Assembly (NCBI GenBank): GCA_951406725.2
Contig: OX597819.1
Coordinates: 94,674,001 to 94,738,000, forward strand
Length of the DNA stretch: 64,000 nucleotides
DNA from: Octopus vulgaris
Lineage: Eukaryota
Direction of reading: 5' to 3'
A program made the position numbers and the translations under genes. Under the pieces are notes generated by a model, which was not told where the DNA came from, searched no databases, and saw only the letters and a program-made list of their open reading frames with translations. Positions 11,550-23,370 of the stretch are shown in pieces. Numbering within the stretch: position 1 is the stretch's first letter; each line of letters begins with the position of its first letter.

Positions 11550-11760
11550 TCCTTTCAACTATAGGCACAAAGCCTAAAGTTTATAGGGATGGGGTTAGTC
11601 AGTTATATTGACCCCAGTGCTTGATTGGTACTCATTTTATTGACCCCAAAATGATGAAAGGCAAAGTCAACATCAGTGGAATTTGAACTCAGAAAGTAGA
11701 GAGACAAAATGCTGCTGAGCATTTTGTCCGGTGTGCTAAAGATTCTGCCAGCTTGCTGTC
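11550..11760 (-). mobile_element. Nin-domain-like SINE
   Basis: Reverse complement of gactttgcctttcatc...ggggtcaataaa...gtacc core; further copies at ~31970-32155, ~32880-33065, ~40040-40160 (-) and ~63115-63210 (+). Confidence 0.6.
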
Positions 11761-13137
11761 TTGTTGTAATATTGCAAAGCAGTTTTTCATTGTTATGCCA
11801 CCTGTATCTCTTTTTAATAGTAATAACTATTTTTAATATAAACAAGTACAAGGCCAAACTTTTCTTAGGAAGGGTATATTTGATACAATTAACCATATGC
11901 TTGACTGGTGCTTATTTTATCAAACCCAGAAAGATGAAAACCAGGTTGATTTAGGTGATAGTTGCACTAAAGAATATTAAGAAACATTATCACTTATAGT
12001 ATGGCATTTTATCTGGTGCTCTTTTAATCAGGGTGATTGTGACATAGAAGAAAGGTTAACATATTGAAGGTAAGATAACCAAATGTTAATGTATATGCAT
12101 AAGTTGAAGCTAATCTTAATTCTTACTACTCAGTAAAAATTTCTTTGTATTATTTTCTATGCAAGAATGCAATCATCACAAATGCACAAATTGAGTTGAC
12201 TGGCTTTAGTTAAGGCATTGCACCCATATTAGAAATCAAAATTTAGTTACACCCCTATACATTCACTCCTGCCAATGTTGACTACCTTTCTGGTTTTTGA
12301 AGTTGTTAAAATAATTTCATCAATTACACCTTTCTTGTTAAGTGTTGACAATCAGTAGCATAATTTATTTTTAAAAGAGGAGGTGCAGCAATAAATTCTT
12401 AGCAAAGTCAAATATAGATTCATATGACTAAGCCAAAACAAGTCTGCATTCTAGCATGTAAAAATTGATAAAGAACACTACAAATAAATCTTTACTGAAT
12501 AATAAAAATTGACCAAAATATTAACCTCGTTTTACATGCTTTTATTTGCACCTCTTTCGGCTCTCCTACCTTCAGTATACCAACTATAAGTTTTCTTCAA
12601 ATTGTTTCCATGGTGCTGACAGGGAATAATAAAAGAGAGGATCTAACATTTCTTGGATAAATTCCACATAATATAACAAGTGTTGCAATGGTTCAGTTCA
12701 ATAACAATGAGGTTCAGTCCCACAGCATGGCACCTTGGGTAAGTGTCTTCTACCATAATCCCAGACTAACTAAAGCCTAATGAGGGGATTTGGCAGATGA
12801 AAGAAACCCTATTGTATATATATATATATATACACAAACACACACATACATACATATGTATGTGCCTCCTTGTCTTGACATCACATGAAAGTTGTAAACC
12901 AATGTTAATGTAATATAAACAGAGGCATTTGTTTTAAATCTGATGAAAACAATACCTTGCTTGGAAACAATGTGAGAGTTGATGACAGGAAAAAATTTAC
13001 AATGAATTTTCTTAAGACCAATGCAAGCATGGGAAAGCGAACGTTGTGATTTTATATATATGCATGTGTATGTAATAAAAGCATTTTTTTCCTTTGATAA
13101 TTTACCATTTCTTGATTCTCTTTTCCAACTTTTGCAG

Positions 13138-13265
13138 GAGTGACAGCATGTTGCATTGTATTAGCAGCCTATTTATGTGATTATGAAAATGTTTCTGTCT
13201 ATGATGGTTCTTGGACAGAGTGGGCAATGAGAAGCAGTGCAGATAAGATCCTATCAAAGGACTGA
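13138..13265 (+). CDS. MPST: MPST coding exon 3
   Basis: cag|GA; GVTACCIVLAA...VYDGSWTEW...SKD*; completes CGSGVT; total CDS 870 nt. Confidence 0.92.
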
Positions 13266-13714
13266 ACTAAATTTATTTTTAATTAACTTTGCATAACCTG
13301 TGTAGAATTTGATTTTACTTCAAGTGTAATTTCAGAAAATTGGATATTCATGAGTAGAGAATTAAACTTTTTAATCATAACAACATAAAAAAAACTATCA
13401 GTTTCAAAGACACTTTTTCTAGATAAATTGTTGAATTCTTAAATGAATTGTCTTTATACTTTATATACAAATTATGTTCTTCAAAATACATAAAGTGCCT
13501 TAAGAAATCTGTGTTAAAGTTTTATGGTTGATATTTTATTAATTCTAATATTTTAGTATTATTTTAAAAATCTTTGATTAATTGCCAAAATTAATCAAAG
13601 CTCTTTGAAATAAGTTTTAAGATGTATCATGAGGAAGATGTTACCAGGTAATGTAATGTTGATGTACTACAGTGGAGTTTAATCCAGTTTATTTGCAATT
13701 ATTTTTACTAGAGC

Positions 13715-13995
13715 AAAGGGTTTTGGTTCATGATTGTAAGGTCATGAGTTCAATTCTCAGTAGCACATTATGTCCTTCAGCAAGACAATTTACTTCACAT
13801 TGCTCCAGTTTGCTCAGCTGGAAAAATGAGTAGTACCTGTATTTCAAAGGGCCAGCCTTGTCACATTCTGCATCATGCAAAATCTCCCTAAGAACTATGT
13901 AGAGTACTCAACCACTTGCATGTTAATTTTACAAACAGACCATTTAATTGATCATATCAACTAGAACAATTGATGTCATAACTAAGAGAGTGCCA
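13715..13995 (+). mobile_element. tRNA-derived SINE, family of 4050-4292
   Basis: ggtcatgagttcaattc...gcaagacaatttacttcac...; related heads at ~26940 and ~52075. Confidence 0.55.
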
Positions 13996-14978
13996 AAGAA
14001 AGAAAACATTGCACTACCTCTCTCGTGATATTTGTTTACTGTTTGTAGACTGAACACTTTAAAGTTAAAGTGTTTGCTGAGGAGACAAAACATTGATTCA
14101 TCATCTAAGAGACAGGCATACAAATGATATGTTAATTTTAATTTTATTTAGATGAGTCATAGGCAGACTGCAACCTACAGGACTTTATGAATGCCATTAC
14201 TAATGGAAAACTACTCTAAATTTTTTAGTAGTGTGGCCCACCTGATAATGAGCCATGTCTCATGCTTGATTTAGAAGAATAGATTCCTACAAAATTAGAT
14301 TCAATATAAAGTCTTGTGTATTCCTTAGGGAGCTGATAAAAATATAATAAACTTAGATAACAAAATAAGCTGGCAAAATTGAAAGGTTTTAGTCAAAAAT
14401 GAGAATATGATCAAATGATTTATGTTTATTTATATTTCTGAATATAAATAAAGATCAAATGAAGTAATAAAGTTGAAAAAAAAATTTTTCCACTCAAAAA
14501 GCTGAAAATTTTTAGCACACTGTATATTCTGAAAGAAGACATCATCTTCACAGTAAAAAAATTTAAAAAAATTAAACTGAAAGCAGGTGCTGTAATATTT
14601 TTCATTTCACCAAATCAAAAATAATATACTTTTTAAGAGTCATCATCCAAAATTTTATACAGAAAATAATATCTACTTGCATGAAAGATAGATACTCTTT
14701 CAAAAGCTATCATCATTGACGATGACCACCTCTGGGTTTAAAATTACTATAAAGTCATTAACAACAGTTTTTCTTTTGCTCAACTTCCTGACTTTTAAGT
14801 TAGTGTCCCATTACTGTCACAAAAACTTACTGTAATTTAAACTGATTTTGTAATTAAGTAATTAAACTTACTATAATTTAAACTTTGTCCCTGGTGAATG
14901 AAAATCTATCCTCACTCAAGACACAAATTGTCACTGCAATCCTTCAGTTCTAAAGTCACCACTGGATATATGAATATA

Positions 14979-16230
14979 TTGAGTCATCACATAATTAGTG
15001 CGGTTTTTTTCAATTGCATTAACTAGAAATTGGAGGGGGATGGGATAAACTACTTGCATCAACTTGCTATAAAATCAGGTAGTAATTTTACTTTATTCTT
15101 AGTGCAAGTTTTGAAGAGTAGAGTTTGATTTAACAGTTATATTTTTCAAATCTATAATGGAAGTGACAAAGGAGCATATTCAGTATATTTTGTTTTATGA
15201 GTTCAATAAAGGCAACAATGCATCAGAAAGTGTGAGGAATATTAATGAGGTATATGGAATCAGACAATAAGTGTAAGCTAATGTCAACAGCGATTCCAGA
15301 AATTCCAAGCTAGAAACTACAGCCTAGAAGATGAGCCTCATCCTGGAAGATCTGTAGAGCTTGACAAGGACGCCTTGCAAACCCTGGTGGAACAAAATCT
15401 CATTTTAACTGTTGAACAAGCAGAGAAGCTTGGATTTAGTCATTCAACCATTCATCGACACCTGTGTGCCATCGGAAAAGTCAGCAAATTGGGTTAATAA
15501 GTTCCTCACAAACTTTCCAAGTCTAATCGTGTGCAGAGAGTGAATATGTGCTCTTCTTTGCTGTCACATCTCATGAATAAACCTTTTTGGACCAATAGTA
15601 ACTGGCAACAAGAAACAGGCTCTCTATAAGAATGTCAAGAGCTGAAGACAGTGGATAGGGAAAGAAGAAACACCCCAGGCTAAAAAGGTCTTCCTATGTA
15701 AAGTGTTATCTGTTTGGAGGGATATGAAAGGTCTAGTCCACTTGGAACATTTAAACCCAAACTAAATAATATGGGAGATCTACATCAAGCAGCTTGAGCA
15801 GCTTAAGTCAGCACTAGAAGAAAAACAAACTTCTTTGGTTTCAAGATGAAAGGTGTTCTTCCATCAGGATAATGCTTAGCAACATACAGCAAGGATGACA
15901 TTCCAAAGGCTAGAGCAGTTTGAATGGGAAATGATGCCCCACCCACCATATTCACTGGACATTGCCTGATCTGATTATCATTTATTCCACATTTTTCAAA
16001 ATCATTTGGATGGAAGAAATATGAACTCAATAGAAAGGTCAGAACAGTACTGGAGGAGTATTTTCTGTCATGGCCAAGTGAATTTTGGAAGAGGGGCCTT
16101 GCAAGTCTACCAGATAGATGGAAGAACATTGTAGAAAATGAAGGAGAGTATATTTAGATTAAAAAAGAACTTTATCTTAACTGAAAAATAAAAGTATAAA
16201 AAAAACCACATTATTTATGGGATGACCCAA
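14979..16230 (+). mobile_element. Full-length but inactivated mariner transposon
   Basis: TA TSDs; TIRs ttgagtcatcacataatt/tttatgggatgacccaa; transposase remnants MEVTKEHIQYILFYEFNKG, FHQDNA, HPPYSLDIA*SDYHLF with stops and frameshifts. Confidence 0.88.
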
Positions 16231-16674
16231 TACCTCTTACTTTCCACAAATGCAAATATTACTAAAAGAGAGACAGAAACTCGTACACAATCAAGGACAC
16301 ATGTCAGTACTTGTCAGTCTTTGAAAATGTTCTTTATTTTATGCAGTAAGAGTTTTAAAAAAAAAGTCATCAAAATTAAGAATTGATTGGATATTTATTT
16401 TATGTATAAAAACAGACACTGAAATCAAGAATCTATTTGAATATATAATAGACAAAGATAAAGTATTGTTCAACAAAGATAAAAAGTTAACATAGACAAA
16501 AAACTTCATAAGCCTCAAGAAATGAGAGTAGTGAGACACAGGAGTTGCTGTTTTTTACTTTGTCTAGTATAGATCATTTATTTGAGCTCTTTCCAGAAGA
16601 AACCTTCATGTGATATGTCCACCAACAAGGCTGAATAATAAGTAATTTTAAACATTTAGCTGCTCAAATAACTG

Positions 16675-16748
16675 TCAGAAAATCCACTTATCTTCAATAC
16701 TTATATCCTCTGTTGCATCTATCAACTCATCCATTTCTGAGCCATCTT
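16675..16748 (-). CDS. STRAD: STRAD pseudokinase, last coding exon
   Basis: (Q)DGSEMDELIDATEDISIEDKWIF*; the C-terminal WIF corresponds to the WEF motif. Confidence 0.85.
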
Positions 16749-17439
16749 CTAAAATAAGAAAGAGGGGAAATATTAGATAACTTTTGAAATAATGTGTCAT
16801 TCTTGAGTTTCTAAAAAGCAAATCAGGAATAAGTTAAAAGAACTGTCACCCACATAAACATTGCAAATCAAACATTCATATAATAGTAATGATAGAAGTG
16901 GGGATGTATAGTATAATTTAATCTGAGTCTTTCATCCAACATGTTCTTGTTAAATTTCCATCTGCTTCCCCACTCTTCTTTGAGACCTCCTCATTTATAA
17001 CTCTTTTTCTTCGTCCTAGACTCGTCTTTTTGCCCAAAGTAACAAAGGATGTCAATACTCATTCACCCGTACCACCATTCCTATCACATTACCTCTCTCC
17101 TGTTGTTATGCTTGCATAACAAGGGATTTCATCGAATCTGTTTGTAATCAATACGACCCTCGTCATCACCCTTCTGTACTACTATCACTCCCTCTCATCC
17201 AGATTGCTTGTTAATATACATCACTCTCTTTCTATCACCATCTATTTCTAAGATTATCACATACTATCTCTTATCATCAAACATCACCTTCCTGTATTGC
17301 AAGCCATCACTCTCTCTTCTCCATATCACTCATTCTCTCTTTCTAACCAGTAAACAACACTGTTTACCATGACTTTCTGTCACCATTGTCTCTTTCCATG
17401 ATACCCTCCAGCATTATCTTCTCCATTACTCCCACCGCC

Positions 17440-17705
17440 ATCATCATCATCATCATCGTTTAACGTCCGCTTTCCATGCTAGCATGGGTTGGACGGTTCA
17501 ACTGGGGTCTGGGAAGCCCGAAGGCTGCACCAGGCCAGTCAGATGTGGCAGTGTTTCTACAGCTGGATGCCCTTCCTAACGCCAGCCACTCCGTGAGTGT
17601 AGTGGGTGCTTTTTACATGCCACCGACACAGGTGCCAGATGAGGCTGGCGAACGGCCATGCTTGGATGGTGCTTTTTACGTGCCACCGGCACGGAGGCCA
17701 GGCGA
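17440..17705 (-). mobile_element. RTE LINE 3' tail
   Basis: Reverse complement of 62390-62575, ending in (GAT)n. Confidence 0.85.
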
Positions 17706-17769
17706 GGCTATGAAAATACATATACACATGACTAAAGAAAATGCATTAAAAGTCAAAAGATTCTCTTAC

Positions 17770-17894
17770 GTTTTGGTAGTTTACTGATATCTGTGAGAGG
17801 AGTTACAGGATGTAGTAAACCAGGTAAGATATCTGCTGTATTCTTGCGGAGGTTCTTTAGAAATGCGTGATTCAATAAACTGGAAAGAGGCAAC
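17770..17894 (-). CDS. STRAD: STRAD exon
   Basis: (R)LPLSSLLNHAFLKNL...PVTPLTDISKLPK; AG/GT boundaries, phase 2-1. Confidence 0.88.
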
Positions 17895-19084
17895 CTAAGA
17901 GAAGAAGAAAGGAAAAAGGATAAAAGAAAAAGCCTTTCAATGTCTTGCAAAAAATTTTATTTAAATATCATTCTTTTATTTTCAAAATGGAATGATGGAA
18001 ATATCCAGATTTAAGAAACTATTCTTATTTATAAATTAAATCTCACAATCAACGAGAGTGAGTTTCTCAATTGTAGATTTCTAAAACATACACACGCACA
18101 AATTTGTGTTCATGTATATACATTTATCTATCTATATATTATACATGCATTAATGCTGTGCAAACATAAAAAAAAAAAAATAAACACTAAAAATATGCTA
18201 AGTATATTAACTTAAAAGATAATGATTCACTCTGCCACTAATAAGTTGATGGGTCAAACACCGAATAAGAACAGAGTTAATCAGTTTCAAATGAACAAAT
18301 AAAATACGAGTTTTCTTTCTCTTGTTTATGGATTCAAACATGAATGTGTGCATTTGTTTGTGTGTGTGTGTGTGTGTATCTAAAAATATATGTATAATCT
18401 CACGCAAAAATATAGTCTATGCATTAAAAGTTATCCTAGCATTTGTCTAATCATTGTTTCATTCCTTTGTTTGAAATGTGCAACATGTTCATGCATTTTG
18501 GTCTTTCAGGAAAGGCCAAGGATGAATATCACCTTGGATAGGCTCCATCTGGTGCACCCACCTTTTTCCTTCATATCATTCCCTATTGAGTTTCACATCA
18601 TACCTAACTTATGTAAAAAAAAAAGAACACCCCACCAAAAAAACTACTTTCTCTTCAACTGAAATGTATCCTCCTGGAAATTTCTCCCAACAAATTTTAT
18701 TGCTGTTGTTTAACCACTAGATCAACTTCAAGAAGATTCATTAATTAAAGGCATTCCAACAGTGACCGTCCCGTTTTTATGAAGTGTTGTACATCTAGGA
18801 TAACATTATCTAATATGTCTTCCCATTTTTTAAATGGTAAAGTGATTTGAAGGAGATGTGGCTATTTCTAGCAGGGCTTAAAACTACACAGATGCTACAT
18901 CATTGACTCAAACACTAGCTTCAACAATTTTCATACATGATTGCAGAATATCGTTTTCAATCTCAGACAGAATTTAAACTGAAACTGTTAAAAGCTAACA
19001 GCTAAATGTTGTAAAGCATTTAGTCTGATACTATCATTTTGGCTAACTTGCCAACATGATTTTTTGAAATGTATTTTTTTTTAC

Positions 19085-19196
19085 CTCATGTGAGCTTCTT
19101 TCTCCAGGCACATGTCAACAAAGTTATGAAAAGCATAAGAAAATGTTCGGGTGTAAGCTGGTGACTCTTTGGCAATGTTTGTACTTAGCCGATTAC
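19085..19196 (-). CDS. STRAD: STRAD exon
   Basis: AYTRTFSYAFHNFVDMCLEKE, comparable to human PYHRTFSPHFHHFVEQCL. Confidence 0.88.
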
Positions 19197-20588
19197 CTAA
19201 AATTAAAATAAAATCTTTTAAAAAATAAAACTACAAAAAAGAACAAGGATAATTTTTACTAAAATGACTAGATTCTTGAAAATTAGATTTCCAAACATTC
19301 ATATTAAATATTAAAAATTTAATAATATCACAAATTATCATGTCACACTACCTATTGGGAGAATGGGATGAATTTTTCTTGTTTGAAATTTTTTCAGAAA
19401 AAGAAAAATACTAAGAAAAAAAAAATTAAAATTAAAAAAATTGAAATTCTGATGTCCTAACTGATACAAATTTCAGCCAGAATACTGGTATACCAAAGAT
19501 TTTCTTTCTTTTTTTTTTCGTTATTTTCATAATTCTGAAGAGAAGAGCTAGAACCTATTGCCAATTTTTCATGCTCCCTTAGACTGTAACAAAGAAACAA
19601 CTGGGCCCCATCATACTGCTCACAAATTCGGGCTGGTGTAACAGCAGTAGATCCATACAAAACATTCAAGACCACCTCCACATAAAATCCAGTAGATTGG
19701 CAAAATTTACTTACCAACATACAAGTGAAGTAAATGCACAGATGTGTTGTTCTCTGTTTCTTCCATTGCTTCTCTGAACTAGTAAGTTGCATCCACCTCC
19801 ACTCAAGCCCACTTGATGTATTCACCTCCCCCACCCTACTGTTTCTCACATAGTATAAACAATGCTTTCCAAAACTAGAATGCCAGTTCAAGCTGAACAT
19901 AAGCAGCATCTGGGTGTGCTGGTAAATTTCTTTTCCAGCTTATATAAGAACATTAGTGCAGATAGTGTTCAGTTTGAATTGCCCCAGGTTAGTGATTGGT
20001 AGTGGGAAGAGTTAACATATAACAATGTTTCAAAATGCATGCAATTTGGGGGATGATATTTAGTATGGTAGTATAATAATGTGTTGGTAAGTGAAGATCT
20101 AGATGCAGATATTTGCACTCAATGTACTATTCCAGAAAAATTATCAAAAAATTTCAAAAACTTTCATAGATGAAACATCAAACAAAGATTAACCCATGCT
20201 AACATGAAAAACTGATTATGACAATAGTAACAATGTTAAAATTCAATTGTTTTTCCAAATTTTTTAACATTAAAAAAAATTATCAAAAAATATTTATTAA
20301 AATATCTGAAATGAAGATCTCTTAAAATAATAGTTTTACAAAACTATCTGCAGCAGGCTGCAACTCAAACATTTCTAGTCTTAACATGTACAATCACTCC
20401 CAAACAAACTAGCACCTTTTACAACTATTTCAACTCTGCTACAACAATAGCCTAAGATATATATTTCTTTCCCACAAACATAACAAATACATGCAAAAAC
20501 AGTAGTAACACTGTCCTGTAATGCACAATCCTCAATAATAAGTGTAGAGTAACTTATTGCAGATGTGTTCAAATAGAGTTCACCTTAC

Positions 20589-20618
20589 CTTCCTCCACAC
20601 TGTAACTACCTCCAGAAT
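20589..20618 (-). CDS. STRAD: STRAD 30-nt exon
   Basis: tttag|AT TCT GGA GGT...GAA G|gtaagg = (N)SGGSYSVEE; phase 1-1. Confidence 0.6.
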
Positions 20619-21240
20619 CTAAAGCTATACAGAATAATCGGGTTGGATAGTGGAGAGAGTACAACACTCTCAGACTTCAACACTGTATAAAATGTAATTA
20701 ACTGCTGCATATCAGAATATGCAGTATGGTTCTCAACTAGATGGAGGTAGGTCATATTCATATATATGGATCAAAACAAGTCCTTCAATTGACGACCTAC
20801 ATACCACAGGTGTGCTCAATCAGGTTTGACCCGAGATTATGCAACAGTTTTCTGAGTAGAGGAACAATATAAGATTATTTAGCACAGTAATGAAAGTGGA
20901 AAATCTAATGAAAAGACACTTATGTGCAGTATGTACAGTGGGACTTAAAAATTAAAGTGAACAAGATATGACATAACGGGTTTAAGAAGATAATTATAAT
21001 AATACAAAAGGAAAAACAGTATTAAATCAACATGTAGCTGGATCACAACTTTAGAGATAGAAGAAGATCCAATAATTTGTATTACAAAAGTTTACAAAAT
21101 AAATTTGTGTAACCTTTCAAGGAAGGAAATAGTTTCATAAAAATTTTAAAACATATGCTTTAAAAATAAACTAAATATTTCAATAATTCTGAAAAAAGAC
21201 ATATAATTAGGGCAGTTAAAATAAGAAAATGATATATTAC

Positions 21241-21328
21241 TCATAGTACTGTGGACGCCACCAAATTCAATGATAGTGCGAGAATCAAGTAAAACTGGTT
21301 TGGTGCCATTTAATTTTGCTAAAAGCAT
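21241..21328 (-). CDS. STRAD: STRAD exon
   Basis: MLLAKLNGTKPVLLDSRT, comparable to human MLLEKLNGTVPCLLD; donor could lie 9 nt earlier. Confidence 0.85.
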
Positions 21329-22277
21329 CTGAAATAAAATTAACATATTTTAGATTTATAATTGTATTAAGTGGTATCTTTAACTACAATATGAATTTTG
21401 AATAAGTAGGAAACAGCTTTTTGGTCTGATTGAAAAGATGCCTTAATTTTTCTATGATATATAATGTTCATAATTGCACTGGATTAGAAGAATGTTCTAT
21501 TGGTAACAACATCAGTAACTTTGGCAGAGAATATCAAAGAGGAAATAGCTTTCTGCTTTGAATCCAGTCTCATATGTAATCTGACCAAAAAAGAAGAGTA
21601 TATTCTTGAAAGAAGAAATCTGATTGAATAACACAAGATTTCAAACAAAACTTGTGTTTAAATAGTTACAAAGATGAGTGAGAAGTGGCCAAATCTTTAT
21701 TAAAGCTTTCAATATTAAGTTTTAAATATATATTTTGAGCTGGAGCCACTAAATATGAGTTTGAAATTTAAAAAAAAAGTGAGGGTTAATCTGCACTAGA
21801 GGGCATACATTCTGTATGGAGGATACACATTTAAAAGGAATCTCTTACTGACAAAGCAAAAGAACTGTTATACTGAATATTAACTAGTTTAGAATGGAGA
21901 CATCCTGAAAATGAGCATATCTAAAATTAAAGCAGAGCAGATGAGAAAATGAATTTATAACAGAGAAATTTGTTTCCTACAAAATCATAATTGTTTTATT
22001 CTTTAAAAAAGAGAAATGGTCAGAAGCAGCAAGAAAAGGAGTATTGTACTAATAGTTAGTGAACATATGAGTGATGAAGGCTATAGTGACATCCAAATTT
22101 TAGCCGAGACACATTCAACAAGCCATTAGACAATATAATTGCTATCAAAGATTTTTTTATATATATTTTGACTGAGGATATTTTGAAGATAGAATATCTT
22201 CAAAATATCTAGCAGGTTGTTAATTTTCACTATATACAACAGTATCATAAAAATAAAAAAAAACCCCAACAGCTTAC

Positions 22278-22382
22278 CTGTGTTACTGGCATATCAGCAA
22301 AAGGAGCATAACCATTTGCTAATTCACATGCCAGAATGCCAATACTATAGATGTCAGAGCGAGTATCATAACCAGCCATATT
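22278..22382 (-). CDS. STRAD: STRAD exon
   Basis: [35 protein letters not shown]. Confidence 0.92.
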
Positions 22383-22496
22383 CTGAAAAGTTAAAAAAGT
22401 ATGTCAAATGATTCTAATAGGATTCAAATTTTTAAATTCTCTTATGAAATAATAATTATATACATATAATGTTATTCAATTTTAATTGTCGCACTA

Positions 22497-22883
22497 CTGG
22501 CACCCGAGCCCCGTGCTAGTAGGGTATTAAGAGTACCATCTGAGCATGATCGTTGCCAGAGTGGCTATCTGGCCTCTGTGCCGGTGGCACGTAAAAAACA
22601 GCATGAGCATTATCAGCATTGCCTTACTGGTACCTGCGCCGGTGGCATGTGTAAAAGATTCGAGCGAGGGCGTTGCCAGTGCCGCCTGACTGGCCCCGTG
22701 CTGGTGGCATGTAAAAGCACCCACTACACCCTTGGAGTGGTTGGCGTTAGGAAGGGCATCCAGCTGTAGAAACTCTGCCAGATGAAGATTGAAGCCTGGT
22801 GCAGCCATCTGGTTCGCCAGCCCTCAGTCACACGTCCAACCCATGCTAGCATGGAAAGCAGACGTTAAATGATGATGATGATG
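22497..22883 (+). mobile_element. RTE LINE 3'UTR fragment
   Basis: ggtggca(c/t)gtaaaa units, then ggttggcgttaggaagggcatccag, then (GAT)n. Confidence 0.85.
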
Positions 22884-23198
22884 TATATACTACTGGAGTG
22901 GATGCTGATACAATTGATATTCAATTTTATGACAAAGATTAGTGGTTAGGAGAAAAAAAATAAACTTAAGCAAAAAGAGAATTTGAAAAGGTTGCTATTT
23001 CAAAGAAGAATTGGGAAAACATGTTTAAAGTGGCTTGAGGTATGAAGTGGAAAAGAGATGGCTGCAATACGTGAGCTTAGTTGAAAATGCTGTCAAGTGA
23101 TTGTAGAAAAGAGAAAACTATAAACGAATATTTTCAACTAAGTCAAAATATAAAGCTAGAAATAGAAGGAAGGTATTGTATAAAGCAACGTAACTAAC

Positions 23199-23370
23199 CT
23201 GTTCAAGTATTTCTGGACTAAGCCAAAGTAAAATGTTAATGGCAGCAGCAGGATAATCATGAAGTCGCCGGAGTCGCTTGCCACTTTGGATCATAGAGAG
23301 AGCATTGTGTAATCCAGAAAGCTGGACAGTACCACTGGCTGAGATCAACACATGACTGGCTTTCACTGCA
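23199..23370 (-). CDS. STRAD: STRAD exon (degenerate catalytic and DFG segments)
   Basis: AVKASHVLIS...LSGLH...LLWLSPEILEQ, comparable to human SVKASHILIS...LSGLR...LPWLSPEVLQQ. Confidence 0.93.

Noticed and set aside
13263-13265. MPST TGA as selenocysteine or readthrough
   Set aside because: It sits at the expected C-terminus, another stop follows within a few codons, and no SECIS was recognised
19457-19909. 150-aa minus-strand ORF in a STRAD intron
   Set aside because: Overlaps old LINE-like debris on the opposite strand; no protein family recognised
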